Assembly: GCA_030141605.1 (NCBI GenBank)
Contig: JAQGDQ010000610.1
Location: forward strand, 62,001-126,000
From: Tubiluchus corallicola
Lineage: Eukaryota > Animalia > Priapulida
Direction of reading: 5' to 3'
DNA length: 64,000 nucleotides
Part shown: positions 1 through 12,106 of the stretch, one piece after another
Layout of the letters: the number at the start of each line of letters is the position of its first letter
Position numbering within the stretch: position 1 is the stretch's first letter
Translations under genes and position numbers: made by a program
Notes under the pieces: generated by a model
What the model saw: the letters and a program-made list of their open reading frames with translations, nothing else
Told to the model about the DNA's origin: nothing
Database searches by the model: none

Positions 1-270
1 AAAATTCTTTTATTAACATTCAAAGCTCTGAATGATTTTGCGCCCTCCTATATATCTGATTTTTTGAAGTCATGTGTCCAATCGCAATCTTAGATCAATT
101 AATTCATCGACGCTTGTACTGTGTTATAATCTAATCATATATGGTTCTTGTAGTTGTAGCGGTACCAAAATTGAGGAAGGATTTACAAATTCATGCACAT
201 AAAATCAATACTGTTCAAAAGTTCAAATCATCCCTCAGAACTTATTTTTATAATGAAGCCTTTGTAATTA
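1..270 (+). mobile_element. Degenerate 3' end of a non-LTR retrotransposon (L2/CR1-group ORF2 C-terminus)
   Basis: Frame 1 reads KILLLTFKALNDFAPSYISDFLK, matching the FKILLLTYKALxxxAPxYLxDLL motif downstream of the RT domain in L2/CR1-group LINEs; the sequence then degenerates into an AT-rich tail. Confidence 0.6.
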
Positions 271-1101
271 ATTAGACTTATGGATTTAATTACGGCTGAT
301 TTTATAAACATGTATTATGATTTTAGTTTTATTTATAACAGCCTATTGTGTATGTGCTATTTATGTGCTAACATTTTAAGTATGTAAAATGCACTTGTCC
401 ATTTTTAATGTTAATGCAGTTTAAATATTCAATAAAAAATTATTATTATTATTTACTATCCTCTTTACACATTGTGCCATCCTACATGCGCATAATAGAT
501 CAACATCCTAAGTGCGTAACTGAAAGTCAGGCTGGAATTTGTGTGGTAAATTTGGTATGTATCCAGTCATGAAAATTTTAGTTGGCAAGGGTGCGGTGTC
601 AGAAAAAGAAATGAGCGTAATATTAGGCCACTAAAAGCATAGAATACGAAAATAAATTACTTAAATCCTTTGAATAGTGAATAGAAAGAACATAATCAGT
701 TTCTCAAATCACGGACAGTTTTCCAAAATACTGATCATAACTGATCACACATTTTTCGCTGATATCAGCACCGATTAATCAGCATAACACTGCGCACCGT
801 TAATATCATGTTTTCCAACCTGGACTGACAGTAAGACGCAAACCATGTATTAATTTACTGACCAAGTTCAGCACTTTTCAACTTTCAATATTCAACTATT
901 CCCTTGGACTCATTATGACAAAGACATGATATTTTAAATAAAAGTAGTTTGAGAAATTCGGCATTCCGGAAACATCTCGAATTAAATCAGTGAACGCAAC
1001 GACTGAATTACTAGTTCCAATTATGTGATTAAGCTAAATTTAAGATAAGATACAATACATTCCTAGATAAATTTTATACATTTCCAGATGAGCCAACTTA
1101 C

Positions 1102-1180
1102 GTTTTCCATAATACCTCGCAGGATCATAAGGGCCATGTATCTTAACGTTATATTCGGGCGGCACTTCACCGAAACCCAT
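1102..1180 (-). CDS. ATP5MF: ATP synthase subunit f, mitochondrial, first coding exon (rest of gene lies left of the window)
   Basis: Reverse strand from ATG 1180 reads MGFGEVPPEYNVKIHGPYDPARYYGK, then 1 nt and a GTAAGT donor at 1101. This closely matches the invertebrate subunit f N-terminus (Drosophila MAFGDYPAEYNPKVHGPYDPARFYGK, from memory). In-frame TGA just upstream; ttagcag acceptor ending at 1191. Confidence 0.9.
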
Positions 1181-1607
1181 TTTGCATCATCTGCTAATTA
1201 AAAAAGTAAGTTAGCAAATAACACAATCAACACCACAGTTTCGGCAAATTGACCTCTGCCGTTCGTGTCTACTATCCAGGCATTTACGATTTTATTTTAA
1301 ACGATGATCGCTAATCAAAAATTCTGTAAATTTTTCATATTTAAAAAGTTAAACAAAAATAAATTTTTGTACCCGTAATAAAAATGAGTGACCTATAAAA
1401 TTCTAAGTGCAGCACGCTAACATTTTTATAACAACTAAATATTTGTGGTTTTGCTTCTAATCGATTAGTAAGTCGATTGACTGAGCACGGTAGATGCTTC
1501 GCACGCTTTGCATTCTGGGAAGTGGTTGTCATAACAATTTTTTGCTGTCAGTCATGAAATTTTGGAGGTTTTGCAGTTCTCGGTCACAAACTGAACCTTC
1601 TTCAACG
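1181..1607. promoter_or_regulatory. Probable bidirectional promoter / 5'UTR region between ATP5MF and IFT27, with an X-box-like motif at 1525-1538
   Basis: The divergent start codons are 427 bp apart. GTTGTCATAACAAT resembles the RFX X-box (GTYNCYATRGNAAC) found upstream of ciliary/IFT genes. Confidence 0.55.
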
Positions 1608-4600
1608 ATGCCACGGATATTAAGAGCAAAATGTGTTGTTATTGGTATAGCTTTTAGTGACTGATATTTGTGTTATTGCTGTTTTATTTTATTCATACAG
1701 ACTGTGAGTTTATGCTATAAATATAGTTATTGGGTGTTGTTTCAAAAATGTTTTCAGAATTTTGCAACAGAATTTTTTTTTCATTTTTGGGTATGAAAGT
1801 CAAATTAACAAAAAACTAATGGTAATTTTTGGGAACTTTGAGTAATTTTCTTATGCTGTTATTATTATTCACTATGCTTTATATATTAGAAACAACTAAG
1901 AAACACCCTTTATACTGAAATTAGCTCTAGATATCCAAACTTTACCTACTTGTTAGATGATGACAAACTAAAATTATTATTAGACTCAAACGATTACAGA
2001 AACTCTCCAAATAGCTTGTAATTTTGTTTTAAAATGTTTCAGTTCCCGAATATAATTATTATAAATTGAAAATAAACGAACTATATATATAACTAATATC
2101 ACTTATGTAAACTAAATACTACACGTGTATGCAACTATCTTAAATATGTGTTTATGTATATTCATGTTATAGTGTTGGGTCTATACATCAAGGCTTGGTG
2201 TTGTGTCTTTGGTTTAAATTGTTGAGTTTGACTTGTGTAATTGTGTTCTTGATAACGTGGTATAGGTTATTTGTAATGCTGTATATGTGTGTAATTGTAT
2301 CTTTATAATCGGTGTGCGTTTGTGCAATTTGTAATTGCGATTACCCAATAAAATATTAATATATATAAATATGTTCTCCTGGAGATATGAAAAAAGCTCA
2401 CTCGTATTGAAAAAGAGCTTAATTTTTAATAATCGTAATGCCCTTTGGTATGACATACAACGTGAGACTGATGAACGCTACTGTATTATTCAGAGCCGTA
2501 CTACCTACTGTGTTGTGGTTGGTTCTGATGGCAAACGAAACCAGGTGATTTACAAACTTGCTAATAAAGTTGCAGAACGCGTGAAAACTGAAACTTTGTG
2601 TGTGAAAGACTTAAAATGCATGCGACACGCCCCTAATGCCTACGAGTTGTCTGGTTTGTGCTGCTTTACACGCAAGACATAGATGCGGTAATTTAGTAAG
2701 GATATGCCAGATCTTGAGAGGTTCGCTGACCTGTGCCGACTTATTTTTTCTCTTTTTATCAACAAGAGAACATATAGTTGAACTTTTTCTTCAATTATTT
2801 AAGCAGCAGAAGTGAACCTGAGAAACTAAAACTATAAATGCTATAAGTGTTGATGCATTTAAACTTTTGACAAATCTGTCCAATTTTTCATGATGAGGCT
2901 AATTGGAATTTTTCCACTGCTAAAGAAGCCATTTTGCTGTATTTTTAGGAGATTCTACTGTTGGGAAGAGTGCTCTTACCCAGGTTGTGACTCGTGACCA
3001 CTTCCCAAAAAATTATGCAATGGTAAGCCGTAAATTAATTGGTGTCCCTGACTGCCTGCTCAGTACTTATTTTACGTAAAATTGCTTAATTTTGTAATGA
3101 TTGCTTAAAGGAAGACAGGATGATTTTTCATATACTATCTCATTTTCAAGTCCGATAAAAAGTATACATTTTAACACAATTAATACTGCAAAAGCTTTTC
3201 TGATAATTAAATAATAGATAAAAAAACCTAATTAATGGTGGGCGAGCTTAACTATTGGTTATATCACAAACTAACATAATTTTCAACAGCAAAAATATTC
3301 TACGAGCGTGTTGTACGTGTTTGTGAAAGAGAAAATTGAAGTACAGTGCTACTGTAAGATATTCAGCGTGTTGTACTAAAACTAGGCAAGTTTCAAGATA
3401 AAAATTCAAATTTACTGCCATGCTCACACAAGCTGTCGAACATGTGCAGTAAATCACGAACTAACACATCTGTACTGAGAGATGCAGCATCTGTTTTTTG
3501 TGCAATGTGTTTCTGAAATGCAGGCGCTAGTGTCCATCTAACTAGCGAATGACGAAATGTATGTAACAGTGAAGAATTAGTGGCGCAAACGCAAAATTGT
3601 ATTTGTATGGTAATAGTTCTTTCACATAAGTCATTTTTGAAAAAATAGTATGTTTCCTTTCAATATTTAAAGAGTAGATTGTTTTGACATTCAGTTTAAG
3701 ATTGGGTCCGGTTTTGATTTAAGAAGCCGTATTTTTGTGTCCGATGGTTTTCGTCACAACATTATAAGAAAATAAGTGAATCAATAGAAAATTGCCACAC
3801 TGATGTGACAGATATTTATATGTAAACACAAGGAATACTAAGTCATTCCATTATATTCTTCCAAAGATACAGAAGATTTAACTCTTTCAGTACCGCACCA
3901 TTCAAAATAGGTCTTTTAGCTTTTGTTATAGTGTAAACTTTGGTACGTTTTTTCTGCACCACCTGATATAATCTGGCACACTGCACGCCGAATCCAGCAT
4001 TCGGCGGCACAATCTACTCCCTATGGTGTTTATTGAAATTGGAGAGTCCTGGAGCCCAGCTCATTATCAAAGTTGTACTTCTAAGATGAGCTACTAGACC
4101 AGCAGAGGTGCCTCGGAACGTTCAGGCATAAATATGTCCTTTCTTTACGAGATAAACGGCCAGAATCAACTCAACAATTGGAACCACTTTGTAGCTGGTG
4201 CTTAGTATTTACAGTGATTGTGTTGCCATCTACTGTAACTTTTATTAAATAACTGAAATGTAGCGAACCCCATAAGAGTTATGGCTGATGTACTGGAAAT
4301 TATATTTCAATAATATTTTTTTGTGCGGTAGTTTGAAGTGGTAGATTTCAAACAGAGGGCACTGTGCAGAACAGACATTGGAAATTTTCAAGATTGCCAT
4401 TTTTGTTTCAGACTATAGGTGTTGATTTGCAGATGAAGCCAGTCGTCTTACAGCAAGCAAACGAAGCCGTAACTGTAGAGCTGTACATATTTGATTGCTC
4501 CGGCAAAGATGCATTTGCTGACGATGTCAAGCAATACGTGAGAATTTAAAAGCCCTTTTTTTATTGTTTAAAACAGCCTAACTTGAGCATGTTACTTATA

Positions 4601-7600
4601 ACGTTGTGAGTTTCTTTGATGCACTTTCAACATACAACATCACATGCTTACTCGCGATTCTTCATAAATGGCTTTGAAGATTGTCATGGGTGCCTCTGTT
4701 TTCAGGTAAAGGAACCGTCTGTATTTTGCATCGTGTTTGATCTGACGGACAAGTCGACGTTTGACAGTTGTAAAACTTGGCTAGAGAATGTCAAGAATCA
4801 GTCATCTGAGGGAAAAGCACCAGGTGAGATGTGGTTTCCTTGCTAAGAGTTTGAGAATGTTATTAGAATTTTTCAGTTCTTTCATTAACTTTATAAAGCA
4901 GAGTGCAAATTTAATGTCGGTGCTCCCGGAAATTCTGGTAGAATTGTCTGAGGACCAACAGAAATTGTCTGGATGCCGGTCTCTTACCGGACGCTGGCCG
5001 GTAAGTTAATTTTACTATGTTTACTATGTCTCTGTATTAATGAAGCCTAGAATCCTTTCTGACTTGATGTATGCAGTTAGCAATAGCCAGCTTACTCAAA
5101 ACTGTAATGTTTATAGCATTGTTTAAATTAATCTGATTGTCTAAGAAGCACCAGATTTCTATGCATTGAAACAATGGGGACAGGCAAATATTTTCAGCTG
5201 CTCTTTTCTATTTCTGGTAAAAAAAATTGGAGCCTGTAAAGCATGGCTTCTCAGAACTGTTAATTGCTGACAGAGTGTTGTCTTATTAATCACACAGTGT
5301 TGAAGTTTTGTCACACAAGTATATATCGGAGATGATTATCCAAATGTCTAACACAATTTGGTAGTATGGTACAGATTCTGCTTACACATTTTGAGAAATG
5401 CGGCTAAATGAAATGTGTCACGACACTACCATTGGGTAGCCCGCTACCTCAGCAGACTCCAAACTAGCTTCTAAACACGCGGCAAATTGTTATAAAGCAC
5501 TGACCACTCTTAAAAAGAAGCAATAATTTCTGGTTTATAGCCCACCGATCAAGTTGCTGTGTTGGTAAATAAGTCACGATGAGTTGCAATTTATAGTTTG
5601 TACGTAATTGTGGTCCTTAAAACATTCGTAGATTTTTTGTAAATTTTAAGTGTTTGTATGCCAAAGAGCATTTTTATATGGATTTTAGGCAATAAAGTAG
5701 TTATTATTATTTATTAAGAATTAAAATAGCGGCAATGTTTCATAAGTGATTTTCTTATATAAGCCTGAGTTTATTAATTAACCCTTATAGGGTCACCGGG
5801 GGGGGGGGGTAAGAAAAAAATTGCCCCCAGACCGGTTTTTTGCATTTGACCCTTTTACCATACGCATCCCAGTAAACCTTTTCTATGATTTTTTCGAAAT
5901 ATGTTTTGTGCACAAAATACTTTCAGTTATTTATTTTAGGCGGTTTGTCTCACCACAAAATAAAAGTGATAATGCAATATGTCGATTATTTAAAATTGTC
6001 GATACTTTACTTCGCTTGTCTATACATTATACGGGCGATGTGTCTGATAAAACAAAATGTCAGTTACTCAAATTACTCCACCTAAAAGAAGAAAGTAGTA
6101 GACAATAAATTCAAAATAACAATGATTTTTTCACACGCGCTAGCAATGTCGGTTGTCTACAGTTATTCCAGCATAGATAAGGGAACGTAACTAAGTGAAT
6201 TTAAATTTCGTATTATTACTAGTAAGTCACATGTCTTTAAGCAGAGGTATAATGTATCCTATGGTGGTCATCATAAATTATGCTGTTGTTGTTTACTAAT
6301 GAAACACAGCGGTTTATCAAAAGTAATTTACGAATTATGGTGGGGGTAATTTTTTACCCCCCCCCCCCCCCCGGTTACCAAAATCGGTTGTAAAAATTGT
6401 GACACTATAAGGGTTAGCGCAGAGAAATAATTATCGTACAACAGTTAGTAGTCTTGGAAAAACTCCAAGTTCTTTATGTCGATTTCATAGGAATTTTGAT
6501 TGGTAACAAGTCAGATCTAAAAGAACGAAGAGTTGTGATGGAGAAAGAAGCTAAAGCTTTTGCCGACAAAGCTGGTTTGAAGTACTTCGAATGTTCAGCG
6601 GTAAGTGATGCCTTTACTCATACGAATTTGAAGTGTATCGGTTTTTCCTTTGTGCAATAAACCTTTTCGCAGTTTCGTTGTGTGCACATGCAGTTGCTGT
6701 AGGTCAAAGGTTAAGTGTTCCACATCAACGCGTCGTCTTAACTACAACCATCACTTGACATGCGCAAAGCAAAGTATTAGTTCAGTAATTTCAGTTGTTT
6801 GACGTGGACTTTATTTAATTATACATTAGTCTGTGCACAGAGTGATTTACTAGCAGGGTCTTGCTTGGAAACAAGAAAAAATGAACTAGGTAAGGTTCTA
6901 ACTAGCTGCAAAATTGTTAGTATTACAATAGCATGGGCTGTGCGGTGTTGTCAATTCTACACAAATGCGTTGTCTGGTACACTTAACTTTTGAACTTTTC
7001 ACGATCATCATCAATCTCTGGAAAGATGAAAAAGCTTATTAGAAATATGCACAAATAGCATGTTGTGTTTGTTTATGTGCCAGTTTTTCCCTGTCTACGT
7101 GTTTCCAATTGTAAAATTACTTTTTTTACATATTAAAGCATAAGAAAACTTTACTTGTATAAGTTAAAACAACTCGTTTTGAAATTATGTATCTCTTATA
7201 TGCTGCCACTTATATGTGTCATCACTAAACAATGTTTATATTGTAATTATTTATAGACATTTTGTTAAAAGTAGTGTACTCAATGTTTATGGCACGCTAC
7301 TCAATATGTGGGTCACATTGCAAACCGTCACATTGTAACCGGAAGACCGGATGATTGTGTGAACATGAGTTCAGAATAAAGAATGCTCTAAAATATTGAA
7401 AACTACAATAGCTTTTTTAAATCAAAGCTTAGATTAAATAATAATCAACTCGGATACTCAAATTTCGTTAAACTTTCGAAGCTAAGCGCGGCTCAGTGAA
7501 TCTACTAAGATTGGCAGTGGCGCCTTTTTGTCATGTGCGCGTTGCCGACAAATAGAAGGCGGTACCGTGATAAGCACGATCATGAACTGCAGTGTTCGTT

Positions 7601-8035
7601 TCTGACGTCGTGTGATGTAGAGCCCATTTTTCGTGACATCATGCGTTTAAACAGTAACACTTACGCAAATGTGCCTGACGTGTAAGGGAAGATGCCTGCC
7701 ATTGCACAAACTGTGGTTAGTTTCTGATGCAAGCAATAGCTGTGTTTGGTTGCCATTAATTTACTTTCTAAGCTAATTATTCAAATATAAGGAGCAATTG
7801 TTAACTCTTATAAGCAATAAAACGTATATTTTGGACAGTAAATTAAAATGAGATTGAGTCTAAACAATCATCCGGTCTTCCTTTAAAAATTGTAAGTCTC
7901 TCAGCTTTGCAGCAGCCTTTCTTTCTCTTTCTACATCGTTCTTTGTCTTTCTTTGTTTTGCAGAAAGAAACAAAAGGGGTGGAGGAGGCATTTAACTCGT
8001 TAGCGACTTCGTATCTTCACCAGTTTCCAGAGTGA
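1608..8035 (+). CDS. IFT27: Intraflagellar transport protein 27 (Rab-like 4 GTPase), 6 coding exons, 178 aa
   Basis: Exons 1608-1644, 2949-3022, 4412-4537, 4706-4823, 6491-6600, 7964-8035; all GT-AG and phase-consistent (537 nt). Protein MPRILRAKCVVIGDSTVGKSALTQ...NYAMTIGVDL...VELYIFDCSGK...GILIGNKSDL...YFECSAKE...LHQFPE*. It has the P-loop GDSTVGKS, the IFT27-type DxxGK switch II, NKxD, and no C-terminal prenylation cysteines. Confidence 0.93.
2165..2352 (+). repeat. Dispersed repeat, LINE-like 3' tail; second copy at ~38235-38415
   Basis: Near-identical ~190 bp (tatacatcaagg..tgttgtgtctttggtttaaattg...ttacccaataaa) at both sites, ending in AATAAA. Confidence 0.6.
3105..3722. mobile_element. 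Non-autonomous DNA transposon, TTAA-AGG (Kolobok/T2-MITE-like) family A
   Basis: Starts ttaaaggaagacagga and ends gtccggttttgatttaa. Homologous throughout to 9496-11107 and partly to ~13520-13880. Confidence 0.6.
5778..6416. mobile_element. piggyBac-like MITE (TTAA-CCC termini); second copy at ~58856-59460
   Basis: ttaacccttatagggtcacc ... gtgacactataagggtta terminal inverted repeats; a near-identical ~600-bp copy lies in a cadherin intron. Confidence 0.75.
7336..7886. mobile_element. TTAA-AGG (Kolobok/T2-like) MITE family B; inverted copy at 28177-28730, partial copy at ~53551-53825
   Basis: TIR ggaagaccggatgattg / caatcatccggtcttcctttaa; internal sequence is shared by the three copies. 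Confidence 0.75.
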
Positions 8036-8728
8036 ACGATTTTGCGCATTTCATCATTCATTATATGCTGGTTTCGTGACTACGGTTTAGTCCACAGCAG
8101 TACGTCACTGTGTTGCTACGGCTTGGTTATGTGTGACAACTCTCTCCTTTAAGTGCTTAGTCTACGACTGCTTTATTTTGTCGGTTCGTGAACAAGCATC
8201 AGATTTATGTGTTTAGATGTACTGAGCATATGCGCTGACATTGTAACTGCTGACCACCAAAACTGACAAACAAAATGTTTCTTATAGAAAAAGTTGATAA
8301 AAATAGTAAATTTTTAAATTTTTTAAAAATAGATCATTTTCCTTAAAAACTACACTAGTTTCTATGGCTTCGACAGTAATTGTAGTAAATGTTGACATCT
8401 CAGTGCCAGTATATTGTATTACACTTGCTGCCATCTAACGGCAAGAAACAGGAAGCATTATAAACTGCTGCCCTTTGAACTCTAGTCGTTGGCATTATTT
8501 ACATGCTATGCATTTATGTATGTTAAAGTACTATTGTTTGCGGGAGAATGTCCAGCTGAAAATGAAGAAAATTTGTGGGAAAATCATTCTAATTTTCACA
8601 ATTTTGATAAATTTCTGAAACCACTTTTAACCCAACATAATTGAAACGTGATCAAGCCCGTGCAGAATTCTTAAGGTGTGGCCGACTTTTGAGTCTTATT
8701 TTTCAGTACATAATGGTGCAGGTCACAG

Positions 8729-9189
8729 TACAGTCAACCTCAGGTATAGGGTACTCGCTTATAAGGGACCACAAACACCGGTCCCAATTTTTCGTTACAT
8801 TTTTTCTATGTAAAAATCTTCACTGTATAAGGTACTAGGGTAGAAGGGACTTTCGGTTATAAGGGACGATATATTCAGGTCCAGCGTAATAGAAACAGAA
8901 TTAAATTACCTTGCATATAAGGGACCCCATGATCAATGTGAAATTGATCGATTTTTAACCTCAATCTTTTGCAAACTCGGCCTTCGAACAGCTCAGTTTC
9001 CAAGGTCACATACATCTCGCATCACTGAAGGAGCTTCCTACATGCCTGCACTGAATTTGTAGCAATAATCCATAAAAACATGGGTAAAAGTACAGGCCTA
9101 GATACACCCTCTAGATATGACTCAACTTCGGCTATAAGGGATGGTTTTTCCCGGTCCGGAGGTGTCCCTTATATCCTAGGTTGACTGTA
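8729..9189. mobile_element. Tc1/mariner-pogo-type MITE (TA-CAGTC termini); copies at ~33961-34310 and ~55818-56299
   Basis: tacagtcaacctc ... ggttgactgta TIRs with TA TSD, repeated internal ataagggac motifs, three related copies. Confidence 0.75.
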
Positions 9190-9495
9190 CTGAGTCACTT
9201 TCTGAAACAGTGAACTTTCATCCTGTATTTACCTCACTACATTGGAGAGGGTGAAAGGTGAAAAAAACTTGTATGTAACAGAAATCTGACTCGTGTTTGC
9301 CAATTCTTATTGAATATTGAACCATTTTTTTCATTTTAGAGTTGGTTTAATAATCGGCGAAATCAATGAATTTTTCTCTTCTAAAATAAGCGTTTTACAA
9401 ACCGTCTACCATTCTGATAATGTGAGCTGTGATATTACTGACAACATACCAGATTTATTTATCATTTTTGTTTTGTACTTTGTTACTGGGTTTAG

Positions 9496-11107
9496 TTAAA
9501 GGAAAACAGGACGATATTTCACACCCTACCCCATTTTGAAGTACGGTAAAATGTTACCACTTATAATAATTCCGAAGCATTTGTGATAATTAAATGATAG
9601 ACTAAAAGGTTAATTAATCTATTACAAACGCAATTAATGATGACATCACAACGTAATTAATCTATTACAAACGCAATTAATGATGACATCACAACTTAGT
9701 TAATCTATTGCAAATGCAACTAATGATGACATCACAACTTAGTTAATCTATTGCAAACACAATTAATGATGACATCACAACTTAGTTAATCTATTGCAAA
9801 CACAATTAATGATGACATCACAACTTAGTTAATCTATTGCAAACACAATTAATGATGACATCACAACTTAGTTAATCTATTGCAAACACAATTAATGATG
9901 ACATCACAACTTAGTTAATCTATTGCAAACACAACTAATGATGACATCACAACTTAGTTAATCTATTACAAACGCAACTAATGATGACATCACAACTTAG
10001 TTAATCTATTGCAAACACAATTAATGATGACATCACAACTTAGTTAATCTATTGCAAACCCAACTAATGATGACATCACAACTTAGTTAATCTATTGCAA
10101 ACCCAACTAATGATGACATCACAACTTAGTTAATCTATTACAAACGCAACTAATGATGACATCACAACTTAGTTAATCTATTGCAAACACAATTAATGAT
10201 GACATCACAACTTAGTTAATCTATTGCAAACCCAACTAATGATGACATCACAACTTAGTTAATCTATTGCAAACCCAACTAATGATGACATCACAACTTA
10301 GTTAATCTATTACAAACGCAACTAATGATGACATCACAACTTAGTTAATCTATTGCAAACACAATTAATGATGACATCACAACTTAGTTAATCTATTGCA
10401 AACACAACTAATGATGACATCACAACTTAGTTAATCTATTACAAACGCAACTAATGATGACATCACAACTTAGTTAATCTATTGCAAACACCATTAATGA
10501 TGACATCACAACTTAGTTAATCTATTGCAAACCCAACTAATGATGACATCACAACTTAGTTAATCTATTGCAAACCCAACTAATGATGACATCACAACTT
10601 AGTTAATCTATTACAAACGCAACTAATGATGACATCACAACTTAGTTAATCTATTGCAAACACAACTAATGATGACATCACAACTGAACGTAATTTTAAC
10701 ATCCCAAACATTCCAAGAGCGTGTTGCACGTGTTTGCAAAAGCGAAGATTGAAATACAGTACTACTCTACAACAGTCAGCGTGAAAATTGAAATTTCAAA
10801 TTTACCGCTGTGCTGATGCATGAGCTCTCAAACTGAATGCCTCTGAACTGAAAGGTACAGCACCTACTTTTCATGCAACACAGTTCTGAGATGCAGGCGA
10901 TAATGTCCATGTAACTAGCGAATGGCGGAATGCATGTAACAGTGATGAACTATACACACGAATGTGAAGTTACCTTTCTGTGTGGTAATAATTCTTTCAC
11001 ACAAGTCATTTTTTCACTATTAAAAAAATAGTTATGCTTCCTTTAAGTATTTTATAGAGCACACTGTTTTGAGCTATAGTTTAAGATTGCGTCCGGTTTT
11101 CCTTTAA
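9496..11107. mobile_element. TTAA-AGG MITE family A copy carrying an internal minisatellite
   Basis: ttaaaggaaaacaggac ... gtccggttttcctttaa termini; the sequence flanking the array aligns with 3105-3722. Confidence 0.7.
9611..10685. repeat. Minisatellite, 43-bp unit, ~25 copies
   Basis: Unit caacttagttaatctattgcaaacacaattaatgatgacatca repeated head-to-tail. Confidence 0.95.
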
Positions 11108-11519
11108 GTCACAACAGCGTTTTTGTTTCGTGAATCTGTGTGTAGGTCAACGTTTCTTGTGATATTTTTTTACACTTTTGTAACTCTTTTTTCAACTATT
11201 TTCTAAATATTTTAGATCTGGATGTTCTGTATGTCTAAATTTTTCCCTGCGGATGAAAAAATATTATTCTACTTTTTTGGAAATATGAAAACAGTGCTAG
11301 ATTTAGGTATGAGCTAAATAAGCTACAGGTTAGGACCTCAAGAAGACTCCAGATCGGGTCTTATACTTTTTACAAGCAATAATTAAGTAACATTTTAGTT
11401 GTAAAATAATTTGTACCGTTCACTTTGCTACTACATAATTAAAATGCATTACTAAGTGTTTTCATTTGGGACCAGCTGGTGTAACTTTAAAAAATAAGGT
11501 CTCAGGACTTTATATAGCT

Positions 11520-12106
11520 TAGGGCAATGGTCTCCAAACTGGACGATATTGGCCCCTGGGACCAGTGGCAGCTTCAGAAAATTTTTAGTCATTGTTTTAC
11601 TACTGTGTAAAACGAAACAAGCGTATGTAATTTTGTTTTAATTTTAAAAAACAAACACGAAAATTTTTGCATAAACTTGATAAAATCCTAAACAAATACT
11701 TGTTTGCTTACGAACAGCCTAAATTGTCGCAGTTCAAAAATATGCCGGTACACGGTTTTTAAGCAGGCTACTTTCTCTACACAGCAGCAGACGCTAGCAG
11801 TGCAGCATGTTATCTCAGACATGTGGGCATGGGCTCACGCCACTGTGCTGGGCTGTGAAGCAAACAGTACTACCCTCGCGTGCTGGACTGTACAAATATA
11901 AAAAAATAAATAAAGAAAAGACTTATTATATTGAATATTATTGATAATATTGAGTGAAAACAGGGGGCGCTGCAGTTCCATAATACCTGCCACTGCCTAT
12001 GACTATCCAAGGGTACACTGCACATCTATTTAATTATTTTTTGCACATGCCTGGCTAGGGTCCCGTGAAGGGTCAATGGTGTAAAAAGTTTGCGGACCAC
12101 TGCCCT
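11520..12106. mobile_element. hAT (Charlie/MER5-like) non-autonomous element
   Basis: agggcaatggtctccaaact ... aagtttgcggaccactgccct inverted termini. Confidence 0.55.

Noticed and set aside
2335-2682. 115-aa plus-strand ORF in IFT27 intron 1
   Set aside because: TTG start, no recognisable motif, and it begins in a repeat tail.
4050-4135. Penelope/hammerhead-like segment (ttctaagatgagc...cggaacgtt); also ctgatga at ~23114
   Set aside because: The CUGAUGA and GAAA cores and stems are not both intact, so a ribozyme cannot be supported.
9611-10685. CRISPR-like appearance of this and the 41-, 52- and 30-bp arrays
   Set aside because: Units are contiguous with no unique spacers, there are no cas genes, and the context is eukaryotic.
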